Virus record (IMG/VR): IMGVR_UViG_3300020191_000009
Span: 1 to 64,000 of that record
Strand: one strand, 5' to 3'
Origin: an uncultured virus (IMG/VR IMGVR_UViG_3300020191_000009)
Taxonomy: Duplodnaviria > Heunggongvirae > Uroviricota > Caudoviricetes
Length of the DNA: 64,000 nucleotides
Shown here: one piece after another, positions 46,100 to 55,400 of the stretch
Numbering within the stretch: the stretch's first letter is position 1
Layout of the letters: each line of letters starts with the position of its first letter
Made by a program: the position numbers and the translations under genes
Notes under the pieces: generated by a model
What the model was told of the DNA's origin: nothing
Database searches by the model: none
The model's input: the letters and a program-made list of their open reading frames with translations, nothing else

Positions 46100-46861
46100 T
46101 TATCTCTCTTTAGTTATGTCTACTAGGTATCCTTCTGCGAAGCAGGAAGCTTCATGATTACCCGATACTGTTTTCATTTGAAGTTGTATATCAGTACCTT
46201 CATCATACTTAAAAGGGGCAGTTCTTGTAATTGTAAAACTATCTGCAAAAGACAGCTCACCCACTCTTAAGTTTACTCCAGTACTAGTAGTAATAAAGTT
46301 TCGAAAAAATCCTATTTTAGACGTAGGAGCCCCTGAACTTTCTGCAGAAAATGCATTTATTCTTGTTAAGTAAAAAGAACAATTTTTTGGCACTGTATAT
46401 ATAGAGGCTTGATTTTTACCCTCTGTGGGACGAATACTAGCATATATCGTAGTTTCGTTTTTTAATTCTACGCGACCAAGTGCGTTGCCTGACACCGTTA
46501 TAAGATCATTTACTCTGAAAAAAGGTTGGGGGACAACTACTGGAGTGTCTCCAGTTAGTGCTACTACGGCAGATATTTCTGTATAATTTTCATCAAGTCC
46601 TTTAATAAGAATAGAAACAGCAGTATCGCTCGCACTGGTAGAGACAATACTCATAGTTAAAGGTTCTGAAGGAAAAACATAAGGCACTAATTGATCTCCT
46701 ATAACTACGCCGTCTCCCGTACCCTCCCATACTGCTGTAAAAATAGGCGTAACATTAGGGTGGTACCCAAAAATATTTCGAATAGAAGTACTAGGTACTT
46801 TCCCCTTGGCTATATTTAAGGGGTTAGTATCTACCTGTGTAATACCTAAATGTGCTCTCAT
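46100..46861 (-). CDS. Hypothetical beta-rich protein (possibly virion-associated)
   Basis: 253-aa ORF behind its own promoter; SIVSTSASDT, I.GLD.NY and IYTVP motifs; does not look like TerS. Confidence 0.7.
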   Translation of the reverse strand: MRAHLGITQVDTNPLNIAKGKVPSTSIRNIFGYHPNVTPIFTAVWEGTGDGVVIGDQLVPYVFPSEPLTMSIVSTSASDTAVSILIKGLDENYTEISAVVALTGDTPVVVPQPFFRVNDLITVSGNALGRVELKNETTIYASIRPTEGKNQASIYTVPKNCSFYLTRINAFSAESSGAPTSKIGFFRNFITTSTGVNLRVGELSFADSFTITRTAPFKYDEGTDIQLQMKTVSGNHEASCFAEGYLVDITKER

Positions 46862-46889
46862 AAAGTTTCTCTTTTTATTTTATATAGCT

Positions 46890-46918
46890 ATGCTATCACT
46901 TATTGACATAATTGTCAA
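46890..46918 (-). promoter_or_regulatory. Sigma70-type promoter overlapped by an inverted repeat
   Basis: TTGACA, 17-nt spacer, (TGA)TAGCAT, with AAAAATA upstream. Confidence 0.65.
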
Positions 46919-46955
46919 TATATATTTTTAACCACCTTTAGGTATACCTAGGTGT

Positions 46956-47261
46956 TTACCATTTCACCTTATCAGCCCAGTAAGCTGCGCTCATTTTGCC
47001 TTTCGCAATATTTTTAGCATGACGAGCCTTAAAAGATCTTCGCCTAGCCGCGTAAGAAGCACTTTCCCCTTTCTTTTTAGGGGAACCACTAACTCCTTGC
47101 TGACCAAAGCGTATTGTTTTAACTTTGGTACCTACTTTAGCAACAACTACATGAGACTTTTTAGGGTGTTTTGGAGTTCTTTTTGCTTTATTAAATTTAC
47201 TTACTCCGGCTCTTTTTAATGCCGGGTGTTTCTTTTTAACGCTTCTTTTTTTTCTTGCCAT
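46956..47261 (-). CDS. Highly basic hypothetical protein (101 aa)
   Basis: K/R-rich; TIRFGQQG, RRRSFKARH and SAAYWADKVKW motifs. Confidence 0.8.
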   Translation of the reverse strand: MARKKRSVKKKHPALKRAGVSKFNKAKRTPKHPKKSHVVVAKVGTKVKTIRFGQQGVSGSPKKKGESASYAARRRSFKARHAKNIAKGKMSAAYWADKVKW

Positions 47262-47397
47262 TTTTCTTTTTCCTTTTTTTAAACCCCGCCTTCATAAAAG
47301 AATAAGCTTTAGCCGATATAGTAGATTTCTTTTTAGACCTACTTATACCTTTCTTTTTTCTACGATTTATATTTGCGTACAAACCCCGAGAAGCCAT
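47236..47397 (-). CDS. Highly basic microprotein (53 aa), not in the ORF track
   Basis: Read manually: MASRGLYANINRRKKKGISRSKKKSTISAKAYSFMKAGFKKRKKKNGKKKKKR; SD AAGGAG upstream. Confidence 0.75.
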   Translation of the reverse strand: MASRGLYANINRRKKKGISRSKKKSTISAKAYSFMKAGFKKRKKKNGKKKKKR

Positions 47398-47478
47398 CTA
47401 TCTTCTCCTTTTTTTAGTTTTACGCTTTTTCTTCTTACTCCAAGGTTTTCCATTATGGTACTTATTAATTAAGCTCAT
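47398..47478 (-). CDS. Highly basic microprotein (26 aa), not in the ORF track
   Basis: Read manually: MSLINKYHNGKPWSKKKKRKTKKRRR. GAGGAGGAG upstream, TAATG coupling, and its stop abuts the next ATG. Confidence 0.65.
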   Translation of the reverse strand: MSLINKYHNGKPWSKKKKRKTKKRRR

Positions 47479-47690
47479 TACTCCTCCTCGTCGCACTCGC
47501 ATGGGTCACATGCACAGTCCTCGCACTCATCGTGCGCCTCAGTTTCCGACTTTGGTTCCAAAATCGGACTTTTTACAGAAACTTTACTCATAGCTGCTGC
47601 TATGGCTTCTTTTTCTGATTTAAAGGAAAGAATTCCACCTTTACCATCTGGTAAAAGCCACCTGTTTCTACGTTTAGTTATGTTTTTCAT
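47478..47690 (-). CDS. Small protein with an acidic Cys-rich tail
   Basis: SD GGAG; ends HDECEDCACDPCECDEEE. Confidence 0.7.
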   Translation of the reverse strand: MKNITKRRNRWLLPDGKGGILSFKSEKEAIAAAMSKVSVKSPILEPKSETEAHDECEDCACDPCECDEEE

Positions 47691-47699
47691 CTAACTCTC

Positions 47700-50249
47700 C
47701 TATTCACTAATTAGCAGTTCAAAACTGCTAAAGCCTCCAGCACCTGCTGGTAATTCAAAAAAGTCTGTTGCTAAGCCAAATTTAGTTACGCCATATTGAT
47801 CTTCGAAAAATACTAACTCCTCTCCCGGAGCATAAGTAAAAACAGTAGCGTTTGCCACTCTGGGCTGTGTAGCAATAAAATAATATCCATATCGGTCGTA
47901 AGAAGCTGTCAAAGTAACATAGCCAAAATTTAAAGGCGCTATCTCTACGGCGTTGAAATCTATGTTATCAATAGGAATAATAATATCAATACTATTAAAA
48001 TTATTAACAGGGTTAAAGTATCTATCTAGGCCTGTTATAATCGGCAAGGATTGCCTATCAACAAATACAGCATTATCTTCTATGGTAGATACTACAAGGG
48101 GGCTTTCTACATAAACTTCTGCTTCTGCACTGTTATGTGCTACATTAGGTAAGTTTTGTCTTTTATTGTTAGTTATAGATACTTTTTGCTTGTATAAATA
48201 TATGGCCTCAATATCTGGTTTTTCTACAGGTAAATCTACATAAACTTCTGCTTTCCCTGTAGTATTGGATGATACAAATGAGGGATATGTAAAGTAAGCA
48301 GTTCCTATAGAAACCCTTATAGGTCTTTCTTTCAAAGACCATTTATTTCCAGAAAAAGCATCTCCAGGCCAAGGTTGGTCGATAGCTATTTTAACTTGGG
48401 GATACATATATACAGTTCCTGGACTAAATGCAGGCACTTTACTTAAGTCGAAATCTATTCTTGGAGATATAGGCGTTGGTTCTGTGGTTTCTACTCCGGC
48501 CTGTTGATCTGCACTTAAGAGGTCGTTGGGGGAGTCTTCTGTTTCTTCCCAGCTTCTAAGAACATTTGAATAACTACCAGTAGGTTCCGCCATAGGATCT
48601 GTTAGAATATCGACCGTATCCCAGGTGTCCGCCATAGTAATATGAATTTGATTTATATAAGCATTAGATACAAAGCAGTCGGTATCATATGCAAAAGGAC
48701 TTAACCCCCATAAAAGATAGGTATCTTTGTTTTGGTCATAACTAGTCAACCCCGTATTTTCCGTACAAATTAATTCAAGAGTCGTCTTTAAATACTTATT
48801 TCGACAATAAAAATAGTGATCGCCAGTCTGAAAGTCAATTAAATACACTATTCTTGCGGTAGTTTTATCAGTTGTGGTCTCATTAGGAGCAGGGAAAAAA
48901 TCAGTCAAAGACGCAGTATTTTGATAATCAAAAATAGTCATATTAGTATAAGTATTATTTGTACTATCCTCTCTCGATCTTACATCTGCTGTTTGAGCGC
49001 CGTTACTCAAAAGAATAGCACTATACTCTTCTGAGTCCGTTATGCTGTCATAAAATCTACGGCGTAGTTGTGCTCTTGCATCGTGATTCAAGGTTGGAAA
49101 ACTTTGAGCAGTCTGCCCCAATGCATTAAAGGGTATACCATTATAGGCACTTGAAATTCCAATGACTGCATCAAATATATGAGGATAAGCACCCTCATAC
49201 GCAGTACCATTAAAACTTTTGTAATAATCAAAAGTTACTCTTAAATATCTTCTTGATATAGCTGCACCATTAATTTTAAACGCTATTCCTTCTCGTTGGG
49301 GGTTGAGTTTAGTATTAATAAATCTTGCATACACCCCCGCATCGGGATTTAGTATTCCAAACCCCGTACCTGTAGCAACCCTACTAGTTGCAGTTATTCC
49401 CGTAGGAGAGCTTATGTCTTCTAGACCTCCTGCTATGCTTGTAGGTCTGTGTGCTGGTTCAGCAGCAACTTGAACAGATTCGTATACTGCGCTCACGGGC
49501 CCGTTTTGATTAGAATAAATTCCTGTCGGAAAGGGTACAGCAAAGGGGGATATTGTTGATGTAATTTCTACGGATTCAAAAGTAGTAGTTGTACCAGAAG
49601 CCCCGCTAGGTCTTAGTTCGGATATATTCTGCCCTGAAGCCCATGGATAATCGTAAGACATACGAATATTAGGGCTTTGACCTAGTTGTATAGTTTCATT
49701 AAAACCTGATAAAATAGGAGCTACATAAACACTAGTAGAGGACGATAAACCCGCCTCTACTGCTCCATTTACAAACCTACTTCTCAGCTTATCTCTTCCT
49801 ATGTTTAGTTGAGTAGACACCCCAACGACAGGAGATCTAATATCTTCTTCCGTTACAAATACCTGTGCTTGAGGGCCTTGAGCTCTTTCTTCCCCCCAGT
49901 ATACGTTATAGGGGGATAAAATCCTACGAGGATACTGCGTAGTTACTGTAGGGCTTGCAGGAAAAATAGCAGAAATAGGTATTTGAGTAGCTAAATTATT
50001 ATCAATAACTTCAATGTCTGTTTGAGAAAAAGAAGGGGGTGATACGTAGTACTGCTGTCTAGTAGTAGCTATAGTAGTGCTACCATATTCTACGGCGCCT
50101 ACGGATATTTGTCCCGGTTGGTCTACAACCAAAACAGAAGCTACCGAATCGTCAAAAGTCTTCGGGCGATCAAGAGCTGACGGAGTATATTGCTCCGTCA
50201 GTATTCCTATTTCGATAATAACTTTAGATGTAGCAACCGAGACACTCAT
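47700..50249 (-). CDS. Large hypothetical protein (849 aa), probably virion structural
   Basis: Beta-rich S/T/P composition; tightly coupled to upstream genes of the accessory operon. Confidence 0.7.
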   Translation of the reverse strand: MSVSVATSKVIIEIGILTEQYTPSALDRPKTFDDSVASVLVVDQPGQISVGAVEYGSTTIATTRQQYYVSPPSFSQTDIEVIDNNLATQIPISAIFPASPTVTTQYPRRILSPYNVYWGEERAQGPQAQVFVTEEDIRSPVVGVSTQLNIGRDKLRSRFVNGAVEAGLSSSTSVYVAPILSGFNETIQLGQSPNIRMSYDYPWASGQNISELRPSGASGTTTTFESVEITSTISPFAVPFPTGIYSNQNGPVSAVYESVQVAAEPAHRPTSIAGGLEDISSPTGITATSRVATGTGFGILNPDAGVYARFINTKLNPQREGIAFKINGAAISRRYLRVTFDYYKSFNGTAYEGAYPHIFDAVIGISSAYNGIPFNALGQTAQSFPTLNHDARAQLRRRFYDSITDSEEYSAILLSNGAQTADVRSREDSTNNTYTNMTIFDYQNTASLTDFFPAPNETTTDKTTARIVYLIDFQTGDHYFYCRNKYLKTTLELICTENTGLTSYDQNKDTYLLWGLSPFAYDTDCFVSNAYINQIHITMADTWDTVDILTDPMAEPTGSYSNVLRSWEETEDSPNDLLSADQQAGVETTEPTPISPRIDFDLSKVPAFSPGTVYMYPQVKIAIDQPWPGDAFSGNKWSLKERPIRVSIGTAYFTYPSFVSSNTTGKAEVYVDLPVEKPDIEAIYLYKQKVSITNNKRQNLPNVAHNSAEAEVYVESPLVVSTIEDNAVFVDRQSLPIITGLDRYFNPVNNFNSIDIIIPIDNIDFNAVEIAPLNFGYVTLTASYDRYGYYFIATQPRVANATVFTYAPGEELVFFEDQYGVTKFGLATDFFELPAGAGGFSSFELLISE

Positions 50250-50251
50250 TA

Positions 50252-52201
50252 CTATACGTCTACACTAGCTGTAATATTAGAAAAGCCTGCGCTATTTATA
50301 AATATATCTACTGCTAGCTCAGCAACCGCTGAAGTCGTTACTGTTAATACTGTAACTCCTCCAGTAAAGGTCATACCCGTTCCTTCTATTAATAGTTTAA
50401 CATCTGTAGATATTCTATCTCCCGTAGCGTTATAAGCGCTAACATCAACGGTTGAGGGTATCTGCGAGCCCGCATAGGTATAACTAGTTTGTGCAGGAGT
50501 TACTGTTACAGTTAAAGGTAAAGTAGGTGTAAGCAAATGAACTTCGGGATAGCTTGTACTACCTAAGGATGTGCTGCCTTTTATAAACCATATTCTATCC
50601 GTACTGTCTCTTCCCATAGAGCCTACATCAAAAGGAAGCGAGTTAGCTTGTTCCCACCCAGTAGCTGAGTTAAAAGCATAAATCTGAAAAGAATAATAGT
50701 CTTTTAAACCCATTAAACTTTCTTCATCATTTAAAAATATATACTCTTGAAAAGGCACATTTAAAACATGTTTACTATGAAAAGTAAATACTCTAGGGTC
50801 TGCAGCATCTATTTTCCAAGTAAGCATAGTACGAAACAGAGTAGAGGAAGTAAAAGCTCGCGCCTCATCTACCCATATATATGTTAGATATCTTTCTCCC
50901 CCAAATTCAAACATATGTAAGAGTGTAGCACCCGTAATACTCTGTTCACTAGTACTAGCACTAAACATATAAGTTGTGTAAGCTCCTTCAAACAGGTTTG
51001 TTTGATTCCAGGCGTCTACCTCTGATGATTTGCCTGTAAATCCCACCGTAGCACCCGCATGTGGATTCATTTGCGTATCTGTTTGGAACTTGAAGGTGTC
51101 ATCCGACTTATCCCACGTCCAAAGAATTGGATGAAAGTTACTTTCTTCGTCTACATAGTTGGTATACCAAAGCACTGTATTCCCTGAGACATCTCGTGGA
51201 TCAGTAAAATATTTAGTAGGCCTATTTCGCGTTTGATAAGTAGAACTACCGTACATCCTCCCATTTACGTCGCCAACCATCGTACCATCAGATGCAAGGC
51301 CTTCTAGATCAGCGCCGCCGGTCTGGAACGCAAGATTTGAATTAGTAATGCCTCCAGTGGTCTTGACGATCGTCGACGTATTCAACGATGATGAAGTACA
51401 TTTCTGAATATCTACGCTCCTGCTACCGCTCCAATCATCCATGAGCCAGTGAGGTAGACCATCAACTTCACTGAATCCAAGATATGAAAACTCGGAGTAC
51501 GCTGTAAGTATGAATCCGGCCTGGGGTGTATTCGCAGTCGGCCAACTAACAGGTATAAGACCGAAACCATATCTATACCAACTACTAGTATTATTCTCAT
51601 AATTCATTCTACTCCAAATCAGCCTCGAGGTAGGTTGATAATAATCAAGTATAAAACTGTAAGCCCTAGAGTTGAATGGTGAACTGGTGATGGTGTTTGT
51701 GGTTACTCCTCCCTGAAAAGGAATATCATTAAATCCTTGATCAGAACTAATTTTGTAACTATCTATGTAAAAATACGCCTGAGTAGTGTTATTACCACTG
51801 GAATGAAATACTGCATCGTTAGATCCATTATTAATTACAAAAGCTCCCGCTTTTGCTGGATTATTTCTATCCATTGAAATATCAAACTTTCTAGTAGCCT
51901 GATTAAGATAGTTACTAGAGACACTGGTGTACTGTTTAAACTCTGTCCAAGGCTTCATCAAGCTTCCAATTTGGTACCTACCATTTGTAAGACTGGTATT
52001 ACTTCTTTGGTTCATCGCATTGGTGCCGGTAATTCCATTCGATCGCGCCGCGCTGGTACCATACATTTTATTATAAATAGGGCTTAATGTACTGAAGTCG
52101 TGCTGAGCGTCAAACAAAAAGAAATCATTACTTGAAACACGAGGGTCTTCAAATACACAAAATTGCCCGCTGTGACCTTGATAGTCTATAATTTTAGCCA
52201 T
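50252..52201 (-). CDS. Hypothetical structural protein (649 aa), possible beta-propeller with a C-terminal Ig-like domain
   Basis: Aromatic/S/T-rich beta sequence; C-terminal LTVTVTPAQTSYTY...VDVSAYN..G...VKL.IEG. Confidence 0.65.
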   Translation of the reverse strand: MAKIIDYQGHSGQFCVFEDPRVSSNDFFLFDAQHDFSTLSPIYNKMYGTSAARSNGITGTNAMNQRSNTSLTNGRYQIGSLMKPWTEFKQYTSVSSNYLNQATRKFDISMDRNNPAKAGAFVINNGSNDAVFHSSGNNTTQAYFYIDSYKISSDQGFNDIPFQGGVTTNTITSSPFNSRAYSFILDYYQPTSRLIWSRMNYENNTSSWYRYGFGLIPVSWPTANTPQAGFILTAYSEFSYLGFSEVDGLPHWLMDDWSGSRSVDIQKCTSSSLNTSTIVKTTGGITNSNLAFQTGGADLEGLASDGTMVGDVNGRMYGSSTYQTRNRPTKYFTDPRDVSGNTVLWYTNYVDEESNFHPILWTWDKSDDTFKFQTDTQMNPHAGATVGFTGKSSEVDAWNQTNLFEGAYTTYMFSASTSEQSITGATLLHMFEFGGERYLTYIWVDEARAFTSSTLFRTMLTWKIDAADPRVFTFHSKHVLNVPFQEYIFLNDEESLMGLKDYYSFQIYAFNSATGWEQANSLPFDVGSMGRDSTDRIWFIKGSTSLGSTSYPEVHLLTPTLPLTVTVTPAQTSYTYAGSQIPSTVDVSAYNATGDRISTDVKLLIEGTGMTFTGGVTVLTVTTSAVAELAVDIFINSAGFSNITASVDV

Positions 52202-52480
52202 TTATACCACCTCCACTTCATATCGTTCACAAAAAACAGACACAGCTTCTTCTTCGGAAGTTATGGCAATTTTTGCATCCAGATTGCTATATGCAACTCC
52301 TACGCTATTACCCCAAGGAACTAAAGGGTCCTCACAGTTAAATATGTAATATGGGTCTTCCCATACTACCTCTACTGGCAGAGCTCGAAACTCGTCCAAG
52401 CCTATTCCATCTTCATCTTTTGCCCGCTCGCCATCTTCTCCGAAGACGGGAACTAGACACCTAATATTATAATTGCTCAA
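52202..52480 (-). CDS. Small acidic hypothetical protein
   Basis: TTG start with SD AAGGAG; its stop abuts the next ATG. Confidence 0.7.
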   Translation of the reverse strand: MSNYNIRCLVPVFGEDGERAKDEDGIGLDEFRALPVEVVWEDPYYIFNCEDPLVPWGNSVGVAYSNLDAKIAITSEEEAVSVFCERYEVEVV

Positions 52481-52492
52481 AATTGATCTCCT

Positions 52493-55400
52493 TTATGAGT
52501 AAATGAACTTCACGGACAAGTTTGTACCTGGTCCTGATATTATGTCAAGAGTTATTTCATCCACCAAACCTACAGTTACTCCGCTAGTAAAAGCAGCCTC
52601 TACAATACCTTGCGCTGAAGGCATTACAAATTGTTGAACTTCTACGGAATTTTTCATAACTGCAAAAATAAGAGTCTCTCCTGACGGTTGATCGACTTGA
52701 GCTCTTATTTCATGCAATGTTATTGCTTGCTGTGGTTGAAATACCTGTTGACCCTCTAATGGTCCAGTAAAGTTTCCGGCTCGAACTAAGTAGAACGCAT
52801 TAGTTCTCTTTAGATTATACCAAACTGTACCTTCCCATACGTATAGTGCGCCTGTGTCCTGTGCAAAAGATAAATCACCTAAGTTACCTAAAGAAGGAAA
52901 CGAGGCTCTAGTTGCATAGATTACTGCTGGGCTTGGGGTCGGCGTAGCTTCCCAAGCACTTGAATTTGAATTATATTTTAAAACATCGCCATCATTTGGG
53001 GCGGGCACTGACACATTAGATAGGTCATCTAAAGTATCAACATTGGAAGTGCCTACTATTGCGAGCTCAAATTTATTAGTTTGATCATCGAATATTAGTC
53101 CTTGCCCCTGTGTTGGAGAATCCGCATTTACATCTGTTAAGTCAACAATTGCTGCAGCAAATTCCGGTAAGTCTTGCGGAAGCCATACGCTAGTATTTAA
53201 GTTATATACTAAATATTGGCCATCTGTTATACCGCCGCTTACATTTACATCTGTTAACTCAGCTATAGAAGTTGCTACATCTCCTGGCTCCCAAAGGGAT
53301 GTTACATTATTATATTGTAAGAACTGATTATTACTGACCCCCGAAATATCAACATCCGTCAAGCCTTCTAAAGTACTAACGTTATCTTGGGCTACCCACT
53401 GGGTAGATATATCGTCCCATATTAAAATTTGTCCTACGCTAGGTGCCTGATCGTCTACGTCATTTAAACTAGTTATTGATCTATCAGTAACTCCAGGTTT
53501 GAAAGAGCTTGTGTTTCCATCCCAGACTAGCGTTTGGCCAGATTCGATTGGTGTTGTATAATCTACATCCGATAACTCTGATGTAGATATTGAAGAATTT
53601 TCCCAGGAACTAGTGTCTGTAGAATATACTAATAAATTTTTATCTTGTAAGTTAGATATAGTAACATCATTCAGCAGAGTAATAGCTGCTGTACCAGGTA
53701 CCCAAAGAGCTGAGGACGAATCGTATTGTAAGAAATTATTATCTGCGGGAAATGAAGTAAAAATATCAACGTCTGTTAAATCGTTTATTCCTGCGATAAG
53801 AGCGGCTGTACTTTCTTCGTCCAAATCTATATTGCTAGTATTAGAGCTAATTAATATAGTGGTAGAATCTATTGCTCTACCTATTTTACCAAATCCTGTA
53901 GGCCCGGGAAATAAGCTACCGTCAATAGACACATAGTAGTTTAAACCAGTAACAAGATTAGTTACAGAGCTAGTAACACCAGACCCTGTATTAATTTTTG
54001 CTATGTCTCCATCATATGTTAAAGATTCATTAATACCTACCCAATCTGCTGCTCTAGTGTTAGTCTTAATACCACTTAAATTATAGTTTAATACTTCTCC
54101 TAGGTTGCTCTTATGTATTAATTTAGTTTTATACATAGCTCCCGATTGAAAAGAGCTACCAACACTAAAATTAGCTAGTTCTAGTCCTGAAGCAATATCG
54201 TAATATTTTACTCCATCACTTGATCCAGTAATTACTGCTACTTGTTTATCATTACAAACAATATCTTTACCGGAAGAAGAAATAATAGGTTTGCTATACA
54301 AGTTTGCGCCACTTACAGTGCTCCATACCGATAAATAACCGTGCTGGTTAGACCCTGTAATAAGGTAGTTTGTATTAAGGGCAAACTTATCTGCTACTAC
54401 ACCTACCAGACTATGGTCTATAGTAGTCCTAAAGGAATAATCAGATAGCTCATAAATATGTGTTAAACTAGATCCAGTGCCTGTATCTGTTATTGAAATG
54501 ATACTTTCACTTTCATCTATATTAATATATCGACCAAAATCTGCTCCATTAGAAGGATTTGGGTTATTAAAACTATACTCCTGAGTGCCTGTAAATATAT
54601 TAAATACGTATGCCTTACCCGGAGTAGTTCCTAACGTAGCATCTCTCCAATTAGAGTTACCTACAATTAAATAAGATGACGTCATTACTACTGAATTATG
54701 CTGAGCAAAAGGGCCATTCGTAGATACAGAGTCTTCTGGGTTTACTATTTGTCTTAATAAAGCTCCTGTATAAGCATCGTATAAATAAATACGCCCGTAA
54801 TCATTATTAGAGGGAGACTCTTTAGCAGTAATAGCTACTTCGCTGCCATTTGTAGCTACTCCCCAGCCAAAACTTTGTAATGAATAATCAGTAGGAGGCT
54901 CCAAAGTATATAGAAGCTGCCCACTAGTAGCATTATAGATGTATGCTCTACCTGTACTCAGAATATTTCCGCTGGTAAAATACGGGTTACCTACAACTAT
55001 AATATCTTTACTAACCGCTAAATTAGTTCCAAAATTAGAATTCGATACAGGAGGATATAAAGTATTTACTAGGCTTTCTGTGCCTAGAACAGTCTCCGTG
55101 CCTTTGATTGCAGCAACTTTACCATCGTCCGTAATATAAACAGGATCTCCAGCTTGTATTGGTTGTGTTGGAGCATAAGCCTCTAGGTTTAAAAAATTGC
55201 CAAAATTACGTTTGTCTATTATCCACTCATCTGCAGACTCGCTCCAAGTAAGTATATCGTAATCAACTTTAAGAGTAGTAGTGTTTACATCCGTTAAATC
55301 ATTTATACTATTAACAGAAGAAAACGTAGTAGGAATCCAATTTACTCCGTTCCATTCAATGCTTTGGCCTACTGTAGCATTACTAACATCTACATTATTA

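Noticed and set aside
46903..46931. Divergent + strand promoter from the mirrored TTGACA
   Set aside because: No acceptable -10 hexamer at 16-18 nt spacing and no credible + strand gene downstream.
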